Shown here piece after piece: positions 49,834 through 63,754 of a stretch of 64,000 nt of DNA. The translations under genes were made by a program, and so were the position numbers. The first letter of the stretch is position 1; every line of letters starts with the position of its first letter. This DNA comes from Octopus sinensis (taxonomy: Eukaryota), in NCBI RefSeq assembly GCF_006345805.1, contig NC_042999.1:113956001-114020000 (forward strand), written 5' to 3'. Under the pieces are notes generated by a model. The model was not told where the DNA came from and made no database searches. It saw only the letters and a program-made list of their open reading frames with translations.

Positions 49834-50055
49834 TTAACCCTTTTGCATTCAAATTTGTCAAATGTAATGCTTATTTATTCCCATTGTTTTGAATTAAATC
49901 ATGTATTACCTTGTAACTTAGATTTCTATGATGTTTTGTTTACTTTTAAAATGACATTGTAGGGTAGGTGTGAGAGGCTGGATCTAGCTAGTTTGAACAT
50001 AAAACAGGTAGAATACATGAGCCAGATATGGCCAGTTTAAATGCTAAAGGATTAA
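49834..50055 (+). mobile_element. TTAA-type MITE family M1
   Basis: TTAA-CCCTTTTGCATT...AATGCTAAAGGA-TTAA. Confidence 0.8.
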
Positions 50056-53000
50056 AACTTAGAGAACACCTACTTTAAAGTGGCAATCAACATTACCTTT
50101 AGGTTCGTATACTGCTTCCATCTCAAAGATTTTCTAACAGACTGGTTTCCCAATTACAAAATCAGTGATTATATGACACTGTATTTTCTATATATTGCAA
50201 AGCAAGATTAAATTACTGCCATGCCTGGCAAACGAGTTCCTAACACTGAAGAGATCCAATAAGATCAAAATCATGTGACCGGGTGGTCTGAAGGCTAGGG
50301 TGACAGGAGTTATCTCCCACTTACAATAAATATTAAGTGTGAAAAGCTCACTAAATAAACCAGCTGGAGATGTCTTCCTGGGGTGAAAACAGCAGTATCG
50401 ACATCTCTTTGAAAATACCTACATTAAAGTGTCGATAAACACTACCGATTAAAACTTAGGTGTGCTTATTATACCTAAATACAAACACAATTCCAAACCT
50501 AAACGACAACACATATTTTCTCTTATATTTTTTTCCTATATTGAAGTAAAACCAAAAATATCTTAAAATGTGTTATGATTATTTAATGGATCATAACTGG
50601 CTAGAACAGCTGAAACATCTTTTTGGTTGCTGATATATAACTTCATGTCAAACCTGAATCACAGCTTACCAGTCAGATTTGACATCTCTCAGCTATCAAG
50701 CAACAAGTTCCCTTCAGATGATAAATTATTCGCTAAGAATTATACTTTAGATTCAAAGATAGACCAGCAACGATTCTATCTTTTCAATCTTTGTTCTCTT
50801 CATGAATATTTCATACTACAAACAAGGTGTCTTGTCAGCTTATTCAAAATATTCTGCAGCATCCACTTTACACCTAAACCAAAAGCACCTTTCCCACCAG
50901 CACTAGGTTCAATACATCACCTCTACCATGTTATCACACTGTTTCTGATTTAGAATATTCAAAACCACATATAAATATTGTGTAATTAAATATAATTGAT
51001 AAATAATGAAAATTTCATTTTTAGTTAATGATAGAAATTTTAATTGCTTCAAGTTTCTCCAAATTAATGAAGCTGACCTACCATTGAGACATGAATCTTA
51101 TTGAAAAAAAGGCAGGGTACAAATTTAACGAGAACATACAGCAACTTGAGTAGAATAATTCCATGAGAGGCTAAGAACAAGTACAATTTAGATCAGTTGA
51201 CAAAAAAGAATTGTTTTTGATCAGAAAGCACTATTCATATATTAAAACCACATCTGCACAATAGTGGAGACACACAAATAAAAAAAAAAACTAAACAAAA
51301 ACTGCTGAACAATTGTTTCTAACAAAGGAATAAATACCAAGTATTTAGAGGGGAGTTACTTGACCCAAAGTTGACTATGGCATAATTTGGATTCACCAAA
51401 ACAAGTACCACAAAGTATTTTATCTAGAGCTTTAACTATTCTGCTGATTGTAAAACAATGTGAAAATTAAAGGCTCGGTTCTATGTTCAAATTCAACAGA
51501 ATGTCGTACTTTACCTTTTATTCTTCCAACAAGAATAAAAATCATTAAGTATTCATGTTGACAAGTGCTGGAAGAGACATCAGTCCATCCTTATACCAAA
51601 GTCAAAATCTGGAAATAGCAGATATCCTCAATGTGTACTTAATGAATAAAACAAAAAGTAACTCAAACACCATAATGTATGAAAATTTCAACAATGTGGG
51701 TTTTGTGTTCAGTTCCACTGCATAATACCTAAGGCGAGTGGCTTTTATTAGAGCCCCAAGCCAACCAAGTCTTATGAGTGGGTCTGGTAGATGGATACTA
51801 AAAGAGGCTCACCATGTTCGGGTGTGTGTGTGTGCTTGTCTTGACATCACATGACAGGTGCAAATAAGTGTCACCCTCATACAAATAGTGTTATTTTCAA
51901 TCTTACATGAAAACCTGTCTGACCCTAAGGAAATATTGCTTAGAAACAAACGAAAGTTGGTGGCAGGAAGGACAACCAGCTGCAGAAAATCTCCATCAAT
52001 GAATTCTATCTAGCCCATACAATCTTGGAAAAGTAAATGTTCAAACAATGATGATAATGATAACAGCTCTATATGAACAATTGAAGACAACAGCAAAAAG
52101 GGAAGGATGACACAGTAATGAATTAGTTTTCATTTCAAAACTTCCTTCAGTTTTGATAGGTAACAATCTCATTTTGCATTTCTTTTCTTTATTCATGTTC
52201 TATACACTATATTTCATTTAATATCTATGCTTGTATGGGATTGATTGGCCATCCTGGTTCCAGTTTTCAAATATAGCTCACAGAATAAAAAATAATCACA
52301 AATCAACGCATTTGTTTTTTCACATATAAGACTCTCTGGTTCACAAATTTATTTACTACAAAAATGAACTCAATAAGTTCTGCTTTAGAAAGAAACAAAC
52401 CAAACTACAAGTCAACATGGCTAGTAACCAATACCAACTACTCAAGAGAGGATATCACAGTAATACTTCATTAAATGAAGCCAAAAAAAAAAGGAAAAAG
52501 AAAACAAAAGAAAAGAAAAAAGAAAGACAAAAAGCTAAACAAGACAGCATGGCACCAGCCAAAATGGCTACAAACCAATATCACTCACTGAGACTTATGT
52601 AAAGCAGTAGGAACTAAAAACAACTAGACTGCAGGATGCCACTAAGTGGCTTCTAACCAAAAACAATGAAATGCCAAGATATCAGTCACTAGCTTACTAA
52701 TCCAAATATTTTATGAAATAACAGAATAATACAACATGACACAAACAAAAAAAAAATCTTATCCAGAAAGGAAGACCCACCCCCACTGCCTGCCAATGAC
52801 TGTAGCCCACCAAGATACAGGTATGTGGCCAAGTAGGTCAACTGTTATCAAATATCCTTTCAACATTTGCAACCACCAAATATTTAAATGCCACCGTTTT
52901 ATCACAATTGTTTGCTTGATTCACTGATTGCTTCAGTGCTCACAAAACTATCTGAGAAATAAATGACTGAGATTAGGAAGATTAAAAAAAAATTCTTTTA

Positions 53001-53234
53001 AATTGCTACCATGATTAACACTTTTGATGCCAATCCACATGAGACCATTCTTGGTTCTATGACACCAATTTCCTGTTTCAAAGTATCTAAATTTAAACCT
53101 TCTCTCAAAATTTCATGTTAATTTGTTTCCAAGCACCAGCTTAATAACAACCAAGTCATATTAATAAAGTCTTCGTTATTTTAAAAATTAATTGAAAGAA
53201 ATATGGTAAGCATTAAGTATTTCCTACTTTATTT

Positions 53235-53600
53235 ATCTTTTACTTGTTTCAGTCATTAGACTATGCCATGCTGGGGCACCACCTTGAGGAATTTTAGTCA
53301 AGCAAATCAACCCCAGTACTTATTTTTATTTTAAACCTGGTACTTATTCTATTGGTCTCTTTTTGTCAAACCATTAAGATATGGAGATGGAAACACACCA
53401 ACACCAGAAGTCAAGCAGTGGTGAGGGACAAATACAGGCATACACACACACACAGAGAGGCTTTTTTCAGTTTTTTTTTTTACCAAATCTGCTCACAAGG
53501 CTTTGGTTGGCCTAGGTCATAGTAGAAGACACCTGCCCAAGGTGCCCCACAGCGGGACTGAACCTGGAACCATGTGGATGGAAAGTAAGCCTCTCACCGC
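53235..53600 (-). mobile_element. Family A CORE-like SINE
   Basis: Reverse complement of the family A sequence (GTAGAAGACACCTGCCCAAGGTGCC...GGGACTGAACC...GAACCATGTGG). Confidence 0.85.
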
Positions 53601-53915
53601 ACAGTGTGTTATCTAGATATTTATAACACAATCTAGCTATATTTAACACATCAAATGATGGGGGAACTAGAGGTTACACATAAAATAAAATCAACATTAG
53701 TCATATGGCGTGGTTAAGTGGATAAGAAGTTCACTTGCAGCCATTGAGCAACACTAAGAGCAAGTACCTATATCATGGCCTTGGGTAGACCTAGTTGAAT
53801 GAATGTCTACTGCTCTCGACAAAAGATACATACAATGGTGTGAATATAGCATAGCCATAACTAGCAAGTATGACTTGGCAATATGTACCATGCTTTCACT
53901 AATTGTTTTTAACCT

Positions 53916-54521
53916 TTAACCCTTTAGCATTCAAATTACTCTGCCAAATGTAAAGCTTATTTATTCATATTGTTTTGAATTAATCATGTAGTCTCAAAGC
54001 TTTGAGATTTTGATGATGTTATTGTCTATTTTTAGAATGGTGTTGTAGGGTAGGTGTGAGAGGTTAGATCAGGCTAGTTTGAAAATAAAACCGAAGGCCT
54101 ATTATGGCCAGATATGGCTGGTTTAAATACTAAAAGGTTAACCATTCCGATCATTCTGCCAAATTGTTCTGATAGCTTTGAGATTTTAATGATGGGACTG
54201 TTTATTTTTAGAATGACAGTGTTGGGTAGGCATGAAAGATTAGATCTAACCAGTTTGAACATAAAATAGAAACAATATTTTGGCCAGAAGGGTTAACCCT
54301 TTTGATACCAACCTGCCTGAAACCACCTCTGGCTCTGTAGTGGAAATGTCTTGTTTGCAAAAGTTCTGAATCAAAATCTTCCACCAAACCTTAGTCACAA
54401 TTTATGTTCCTAACACTAGCTTAATGATAACTAAGTTATTTTTCTAAATTCTTTGTTATATTATAATCAATTGAAAGAAACATAGTGCATCTCAACAGAA
54501 ATATAATAACAAAAGGGTTAA
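53916..54521 (+). mobile_element. Three abutting TTAA-type MITEs (M1, M1-derived, M2)
   Basis: TTAA at 53916, 54138, 54293 and 54518 delimit the elements. The third has TIRs CCCTTTTGATA / TAACAAAAGGG. Confidence 0.85.
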
Positions 54522-54969
54522 AGTGTAGTCATGAGCAGATATAGATAATCTTAGCCACCCCACTTCCTCACCGGCCCAGTAGAACATCCAGCATGTGATA
54601 GCTAGAGAGAGAGTAACCAGCACATGACTGATACTTATTTTTCAGCTGAATAAATGAAAGTAACCTGAAATAATATGCCTCGCTCAAGAAGACAAGATGC
54701 CACCTCATTTAGAATTGAACCTACATACAACTTGAGGCCAACACTGTAACTACTAAACCATGCACCTTCACACATAAGTGCATATAAGCAAGAAATCAAG
54801 TTACACAGACATTTTCTTATTGGTCATGCCATCAGAAACATAGTAAACTAGTGATTTGCATGTTGAAAACCAATCACCAGTGATGCTAGTGTTAGGAAAA
54901 TAATGTTCAATATCAAATTGAAAGAATAAAAAGTAAATATTTAAAATTAAAATATATTAGGCGTAGGAG

Positions 54970-55202
54970 TGGATTTGGTAGACGGAAACTGAAATAAGCC
55001 AGTCGTATATGTGTGTGTGTGTGTGCGTGTGTGTGTGTGTGTTTGTCCCCCTAACATTGCTTGACAACCGATGCCAGTGTGTTTACATCCTTGTAACTTA
55101 GCGGTTCGGCAGAAGAGACTGATAGAATAAGTACTAAGCTTACAAAGAATAAGTCCTGGGATCGATTTGCTCAACTAAAGGCAGTGCTCCAGCATGGCCA
55201 CA
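54970..55202 (+). mobile_element. Family A SINE, 5'-truncated
   Basis: GTGGATTTGGTAGACGGAAACTGAAATAAGCC, (GT)n, then GCAGTGCTCCAGCATGGCCAC. Confidence 0.85.
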
Positions 55203-55714
55203 AACAATTAAAAGATAGTATTAGATACAAAAATTCAACAGAAATACACTCACATGCATTCCTTTAGCCTTTAACTAGTTTCAGTCATTGGACTGCAAAC
55301 ATTCTCAAGCACTACCAGTTTTTTAAAATTTACTTTTCTATTGTTTGTGTCTTTGAGAGCAACTCTAGTATTTAATTCAGCACAATACCTATTTTACTGA
55401 TCTATAGTTTATCAAGTCATTAACAACTAAGATTTTGTTAATGACTAGGATTTTGTTCCCTTTCTAAGTAAGAGGTTAATTTCATCATTATCATTGTTTT
55501 AACATCCACTTTTCCATGCTCACATTGGTCAGATGGATTTTGCTGAGGCAGATTTTCTAAGGCTGGATGCACTCCCTGTTGCCACTCCTCGCTTGTTTCC
55601 ATGTAAGGTAATATTTCCCCATGATCAATTATGTTTCCACATTATACTGGAAAGGATACTGCATGAAGAGTGACACTTGTTTAGAAATATCATGTAGCAT
55701 CAAGACTAAGAGAC

Positions 55715-55753
<39 letters not shown>

Positions 55754-56302
55754 TATACGTTGGGGTTCTTTCAGTGTCCATCTACCAAATCCATTCATAA
55801 GGCTTTGGTTGGCCCAAGGCCATAGTAGAAGACACTCACCCATAGTTCCAGGACTGAACCTAGAACCATGTGCTTGGGAAGCAAACTTCTTATCACAAAA
55901 CCCTGACTCCTCCACTAAGAGGGAAACTTCAGTTCACTAAAATTGTTGGTGAGTCCATTATTGAGTAAATTGACATGAATTTAATAGGATGAACACAGAA
56001 TTTTAAAAAATATGTTTGACATGAGTTAATATTGTAATTCCCTTCTAAATATTAAATGCATATAAGTGTAATCTAATGGTTAAAAACATTATCATTCCTA
56101 ATTTAGAAATAAAGCTACTGGAATCAAATCCAGTCTAATATGCTCAGTGAGTGCTATTCTTGTGTGTGTGTGTGTGTGTGTGTATTTTCTCACTGATTGT
56201 TGGTAATGGGTGTTCCAAATTTTTTTTAAATGGCCCAAATTAAACATTCTCCATATAAGCTACATATATGAATAGAGTTAATCTACGAATATTACAGACA
56301 CA

Positions 56303-56360
<58 letters not shown>

Positions 56361-56922
56361 ATATGCAACATCCATACTATATTTTTCTTTTATCAGTTTA
56401 AAGACGTCAATTATAACAGATGCTTATACACATGTGCACACAGCTTAAAAAGAAAAATAAAGAACCTACGTTTACAAATATTATAAAATTTCAGACATGA
56501 TCGTTGAAAAAGAAAAAGACTATCCTTGTTTTTAATCACAAAAAATATTACATATATATATTATATGCTTAGATACACAATAGTGTATACACACACACAC
56601 ACATTTTTCAATGCGTGTGTATCTTTTTCATTTTTTTATTTTAAATTAGTAATTCAGAAAAATAACATTAAAACTATACAATTTATTAATTGCATTGTTT
56701 CTTACTTCTGAATTTTGTTCAAATTTCAAATTTTGTAACAAAGCTTCAAACATCAGCTTTTATCCAACATATTTAAAGACATCCAGCCAAGATGATCTGA
56801 GGCAATTCTGTTATATTTTCTGTTAAATCAATTGCTTTCCTTCCCAAGAGATCAAGTCACACAGACAATTTATTGACTGTCTGATTGGCGGGTCAATTTG
56901 AATGTTGCTGCTATGAATACTT

Positions 56923-56924
<2 letters not shown>

Positions 56925-56993
<69 letters not shown>
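56925..56993 (+). repeat. (CA)n microsatellite
   Basis: Direct reading. Confidence 0.95.
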
Positions 56994-56995
<2 letters not shown>

Positions 56996-58201
56996 CCTTC
57001 AAGGCCAAGATCAAAGCAGTCAATATATCAGTTTGTCCATTTATGAAGTCTTGTTTATGTAGCTTCTTCACTCTTCGATTTTAATCAAAAATTCAGAAAA
57101 ATAATACAAGTATGTTTTATTAATTGCATTGATTTCCCCACTTAGAAACAACTGTTTAATTTTATAGGTTTCTAATCTCACATGAAAACAGGTCTGGTCA
57201 TGAGGAATATTACCTTAATTGGAAAACAGGTGAGAGATGCTGACAGGAAGGGCATCTGGCTGTAGAAAGTCCACCTCAACAAATTCCATCCAACCTGAGT
57301 AAAATGGATATTAAATGATGATCACTAGTGATGATGATGATTTTTGCATCCACATCTGTGTGTGTGTTATTTATGTTGCAGTTTCAGCAGTCAACCATAA
57401 CTGAGCAGGCCTATGATCAGAAGGCATTCAAACTTCCCTACCCCCTACACCCCCGAGAGTGCACCCATGATATCATTATCCAATATATTCATTTCTTTTT
57501 TGAAACCTTTAAAGTATGATCTGAGAGAGATTTGGCTGCTATTTCTAGCCATTGTTGGCTCATGGTGATGATGGCAAAAGTGGTAATAGCAATGTTGATA
57601 GAAGGAAGCCCTGGTGTTGTATTTTGGGGCTTATGATGATGATAGTGATGCTGGTGGGAAAGATGACGATGATGATCCAGCTAAATGTCGGTTATAAAGT
57701 ATGACAAAATTCAGTCAGTAAACTCAACATGGACCAGCTAGTTCTGCAAATCTAGAGATTTTTCACAGACTATTGTGCAGAGAGGTATTTTTACAACTAA
57801 AAACATTTCCTGATGCTTAGAGAACAAAATGTGAAGCTGGAATGCTATCATATTATCCAAAGATATCCATTAACTAAACAACTTAACTCTTCAGTCACAG
57901 AACTTATCAAAAATACAGAAACAGACTTCATTATGCTAGCTTCAGAAAAGATAACAATTAAATTAGATACTTTCAAATATCAGCTGAGCAGGTTTAGTTT
58001 CAGCACCTTTACTATTACAACCCCATCACCACTACTAATCTAATATAGTCAATTACTAAAACCTTAGATGCCTCTTTTTTTCTATCCAGTTTGTTTCCTT
58101 AATCCAATGACTGAACATTGTTTGTTGCTGCTGCTATCTTAGAAATTACTGAAGCTAGAATGCTCAAATATTTTTCAACAATCCTTACTAATTTATCATT
58201 A

Positions 58202-58712
58202 AGGCAGCAAGCTGGCTGGCAGAATCCTTAGCATGCCAGACAAAATGCTTAGCAGCATTCCTTCTGACTTTATGTTATTAGTTCAAACACTGTTAAGGTC
58301 AACTTTGCTTTTAATCCTTTCAAGGTTGATGAAATAAGTATCAGTTAAGTACTAGGGTCAATGAAATAAGTACCAGTCAAGTGTTGGGGAGTTGGGGGTG
58401 GGGGTGGGGCAATGTAATCGACTAGCCTCCTTCTCCCAAAATTTCAAGCCTTGTGCCTATAATAGATGGGATTATTATTATTATTATTATTATTATTAGC
58501 AGCAGCACACTAAACAAGATGCTTAACAGCATTTCATCCATCTTCACATTCTGAGTTCAAATTCTGTAGAGGTCGACTTTGCCTTTCATTCTTTCAAGGT
58601 CAATAAAATAAGTACCGGTTGACCACTGGAGTCAATATAATAGACTTACCCAAATTGCTGGCCTTGTGCCAAAATTTGGAATCATCATCATCATTATTAT
58701 TATTATTATTGA
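58202..58712 (+). mobile_element. Two head-to-tail family C SINEs separated by (ATT)n
   Basis: The first starts AGGCAGCAAGCTGGC and has an internal duplication of GATGAAATAAGTA.CAGT. An (ATT)n run at 58471-58497 precedes the second copy. Confidence 0.85.
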
Positions 58713-59581
58713 TTTTGAAACACATGAAGATACACACACATATACAAAAACACAAGGACAAGCACATATATACAAAAAAGCTTCCACACAGTTTCCATCT
58801 ATCAGATTCATTCACAGGACATTGATCAGCCTAGGGCTATTATACAAGACACTTGCTTAAAGTGTTGAGCAGTGAAACTGAACTTGAAACCATCTGGTTG
58901 CAAAACAATCTTCTAAACCAGACATCCATATATTCAACTTCAGCACAAAGCTACACATTTTAGGAGAAGGAACAGCTGGTTTGAACAATCACTGACTAGT
59001 ACTAATTTAAGTACAAAAAGTATAAAAAAAGCAATGCCAGTGAAATTTCAACTCAACACAAGGAGATGCAACTAAATAGGCACAAAGCAATTTGTTTCTT
59101 GTTCTACTAATTCTACTGTCTACCAAAGGGCTAACAGAATGGCAGAAACAATAGACTGCCAAATTAAATACATTTTATTATTTAATTCTGATCCTTTAGT
59201 TAAAATGGCAATTCAAAACTTGCTTGACATCTATTCTAGGATTGATGAAAATGCTAAGAGAGCTAGACTAAATGTTTCGCATTTTATATCATCTAACCTC
59301 GACACCTAGGTTCAGATCTTGCTAAGAGCAGCTTTACCATTCTTTCATTTGGGAATGACAAAATATAATACCAGTTATGCACACTGAAGTTAGCTTGATA
59401 AAATATACTCCAAGGAATTAGAAGTCATTACACAATTCTATGGATTGTTGTTGTTTAGCACTAATCAACTCTGACTGATGAGATCTGTGTACAATAGTAT
59501 TCTAGTCCTGACTATCCCAGCTTTGCATATCAAGGACTGGCATGCGATTTTTCATTAATCCAAAAGGCTAAACATTGATGT

Positions 59582-59808
59582 TTAAACCTTTTATTACCAT
59601 ATCTCCATTGCAATACACTACCTTTGTTTCTTTTAATTTTGAAAATAATGAAGTATTTAGTAAAATAACTCAGTCGTTATTAAGCTGGGGTTTCAGAACA
59701 CAGATTAAAGTGAAATTTTGATGAAAGTTCTTAGATTACTTTGGAACAAGAAGTTTTTTATGATTGAATCAGAGGTGGTCTCAGGAGGGTTGATATCGAA
59801 AGGGTTAA
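59582..59808. mobile_element. TTAA-type MITE family M2
   Basis: TTAA-ACCTTTTATTACC...GATATCGAAAGGG-TTAA; internal sequence shared with the 20382 copy. Confidence 0.72.
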
Positions 59809-62321
59809 AAGAAAAAGAAGGAAAGAGGGAAGAAAATTAGAGGATATGAGAATAGAGACAGAACTGTGTAAGAAACAGACAGTTGCCAACATTATTGAGA
59901 CACTTTGCTATATTCCGCTTATTTTTATACATGTTATGGTTAGTTAACCATTAAATTGATGGCTGTCTACTTGAAGGACCTATTAAGATATTTGCACCAA
60001 TTTGAAGATATTACTTATTTAAATGGAAACAAGAAGATAAAATGTTCCATAATGAGAATCAATGAAGAGAAAAACAAAAACAGGTGGGGAATTCCATTTC
60101 CAAATTTTATTTTCATGCATCCTCAGTTCAAGATAAGAACTGACAAGGCTATTCCAGATATCTTCTAATCACTTATGTTATCTTATTTAATCTCAAATTT
60201 TGTTTTACATTCATTCATTTTTTTTTCTCTCTCAATCTCCAAAGTATCAATTCCTATTTAACTTGGAAATGTTAACAAAGAGAATCACACAAGAGAAAAA
60301 TATGCTAAAATTAATAACTAAATTGAAAAATTAATTTCTAAATGAGAGAGAAAGAAATCAGGTGATTCAGTGCTAATTTTATTTTAATCTTCTTTCTCCA
60401 GAATCAATATAAATAAGATGTATGTAGGGTGGGGGAATAGGAGAGAAGACACAATTACCATGAAAGTTTACATATTGATGTAAGCCTCCAAGGAGCTGAA
60501 AAGCATTTTCAAAGAATATCACTAGGTTCATAAACAGGGCATGTTTACCCCAAACATGATGGAGAGTGAGTGATAATAAAAAGGAAACAATCTATCAGAT
60601 CATTTGGTTACACTTTACTTATGTTTCAACTACTTCAAATTTCGAAAGTAGAGAAAAAAGTAGGGAAGAAAATGTAAGTATATTTAGGAATCAACCCCAA
60701 GTGAAAATTACTGTAAGCTGACAAAGACATGTATAGTTGATTTCACAATGACAAAAGTCCAAGATAGCTACCAACCAATTACACAGAGGGAAGAAAGCAG
60801 CAGCAGAAATAGTAGTCCAACTGCTTCCACTTCTACCTGTTTTTATCTAATCAATAGAAATTAAATTTCATTTGAGTTTTATTCAGATCATATGCTCAGT
60901 TTCATATATTTAAGTAGAAGAGCTAGGGTCAACGACCGACAAGATTAAGTAATAACAACAATAGCAATAATAACAATAACAACAACAATAATCTTATATA
61001 TGTGGTGGGGGGATAGAGAGAAAGGGAAGAGGAAGTCTATTCATTATGATTTTTGCACAGATCTTACATCACCTAATGGATAAAAGTATTTTCCCCCTCG
61101 TTTACTAATGAAGTCAATAACCTATAATCAGTCAGATCCAGCAGAAAGATTTCCAATACCAGGCTAGACATACAAATGCCAGACCCCTTCACTCCCTACT
61201 CATTATTTCCTATAATACTTGCTATGTTTTGATGTTTGCATACTTAAGAAGGATCTAGATAATTCAAAGTGGCACCATTAAAAAAAAATGGCAAAAATAA
61301 ATAAATAAGTCCTTAATGTACCTCTGGATAACTGCTGAAGACTTTGTTTTCATGTTTGTATCATCATAAGAAAATTAAAACCACAAAGTTCATTCTTCTT
61401 CAGGCTATTGGCTACTGTTAGCTAGACAGTGTGAATGCACTAAGAGAAGAAAAATAACTCAATTTATAAACTGAAATGGCATTGACCTCATATTTCCTTC
61501 TTTTTTTAAAAAAGTTTCATATGTAATCTTTTAACAATAACATTGTTGGTTACAGGTTTACACTGGATCAACCTATCACTAGTTTACTGTCTCGTTGATG
61601 GTGAGAGTGACAAGAGAATGTGTAACTCAACAGAGAAAATAACCACCGTGTATTTTTATTTTTTTTATTCAAAAACACTGGTGTTGTTTTTCTCAATACA
61701 GCTTATATCTTTTTGCTTGCATGCACATGCATATATACACATACACACAAACACTCATAGCTTTTTATCAAACTTGATGTTGACCATCTCCTACAAGTGT
61801 GAACCCTTTTATGAATGTATATCCAGATCCATTTTCTTCAACTACGGATCCTTTGATCTTGATTAAGAAAACCATAGAAGGGATTGTATTTCTTCTTCAC
61901 AAATGTATGCATGATACCATGACAATAAACAGCTCTAAGGTCCAAGATCCATGATCCTCATTACAGGTGAAGTTACCTGTGATATTGGGGACGCATAATT
62001 CCTATTATCTCTATCTTCACTGAGGAAGAGACATATCCAATGGTAAGACAGGTTGCTAGAAATCCAGTCTGTCTGTGGCCGCTTTAAAGTGTAACCCCAC
62101 AGCCTGTTTCATTTTCAGGGTACACTTCATTTTTCTTCAACTTACCCCAAAAGCAGTAGAGCAGTGCAGACAGATTGCCCCTACCATAGTCAGATAACCC
62201 AATCTACTCTTCTTCAAAAGATAGGTTCTTACAAGAACAAAGGGTCCAATCATTCTCTATGTGGTCTTACATTACATTCATCACCACTAAGTATTTCTAT
62301 GTCCCCATGAAATATTGACTT

Positions 62322-62526
62322 CAAATTTTGGCACTAGCCTAGCAATTTCAGGGTGGACATAAGTCAGTTACATTGACCCCAGTACTTAACTAGTACTTAT
62401 TTTATCGACCCCAAAAGGATGAAAGGCAAAGTTGATTTCAGCAGAATTTGAACTCAGTATATGAAGACAGACAAAATGCTGCTAAGCATTTTGCCTGGCA
62501 CAGTAATGATTCTGCCAGCTTGCCAC
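62322..62526 (-). mobile_element. Family C SINE
   Basis: Reverse complement of the core TACTTATTTATCGACCCCAAAAGGATGAAAGGCAAAG and of the head. Confidence 0.85.
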
Positions 62527-63349
62527 TTAATGTCCCCACTTAATGGTGGTTTAGTTATCAATGGTACAACCATGTAACAGTTTGTACTGAATTACATGTT
62601 ACTAATCACACTCAAAGCAACCAGACTTATGCACAAACATACATGCACTCGTTTACACATACAGACTCACTTGCGTGTATACTCTTTCTGTGTTGCAGAA
62701 TACTACATTCACTGTTAGTAAAGAATTTGACCAAGTTTTACCTTGAAAATAAAAGCCCTTTTAATTATCTGCAACCCTATTTTGCCTGTCAAGTTTGCCA
62801 CAGCCTACTATTTACTTGCAGCAGAATAAAAATGCATTCCCATTTTACATCTTCTGCAGATTATAGCAATTTATTCTGTATTTTGTCTTCCACATTGGCT
62901 GGATCTATATTTTCTATAAGGCCAACAGAAAATTAGATCAGCTCTACATATCTTACTACAATAGCTATAACTTACACATTTGTGAAATCATTCACACACA
63001 CATTCATTGAACCATAAATATCAAGCAAATTTGATCCAAAACACCAAGTAACTTCACTTATCTTGCAAAACAGAGAGCAACAACATCTTTTCTCTCAGAG
63101 AAATTGCTCCATTGTTAGAGAAGGAAAGGAGTGAATCCCATAAAAATATTTACAACTACATCTACCATTTCCAAAAGTAGATAATAAAGCATAATTTCTT
63201 GGATAATTAATATATTGATATGAATAGAGCATAAAAGATGATAGTTGATAATTCTATATTTAAAATTGGATAGTGGAAACATTTGGCAATGTAAAAGATA
63301 ACCTTCCAATAGAAAAAGAAAAGTCATGGTAGCAACTTTAAGCTAATAT

Positions 63350-63551
63350 CAGTTTCAAAATTTGACACAAGGCCAGTAATATTGTGGGTGGGGTAAGTCA
63401 ATTACATCAACCCCAGTGCTCAACTTTATCGACCCCAAAAGGGAGAACGGCAAAGTTGACCTTGGTGGAATTTGAACTCAGAACATAAAGCCGGACAAAA
63501 TGCCACTAAGCATTTTGTCTGGTATTCTACTGATTCTGCCAGCTCACCACC
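63350..63551 (-). mobile_element. Family C SINE
   Basis: Same family core and head, on the reverse strand. Confidence 0.8.
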
Positions 63552-63754
63552 TTATTTTAAGATAAAATTCCAAAGAGGAAAAAGCAATGTCTGTCATAGA
63601 TATTTGTTAATTTTCATAGATATCTGAAAACTCAGAGCACTTAACTAGATATCACACTTCATTTACTGTGACATAATGGTGCAGATTAAATTAATGAATA
63701 AATATAATGAAGTTATGAGTTTCATTATATTTCAGCACCAACAACTGATGATAC

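Noticed and set aside
50099-50135. Candidate minus-strand exon KSLRWKQYTNLK
   Set aside because: The acceptor is ambiguous, and it lies between a MITE and a probable ribozyme-bearing repeat relic, so it may be repeat-derived.
50627-50953. 108-aa + strand ORF in unique sequence
   Set aside because: It has a TTG start, no recognisable motif and no supporting splice context; ORFs of this length can occur by chance in 64 kb.
59956-60168. 70-aa ORF with an open antisense frame
   Set aside because: No recognisable domain and no convincing splice sites.
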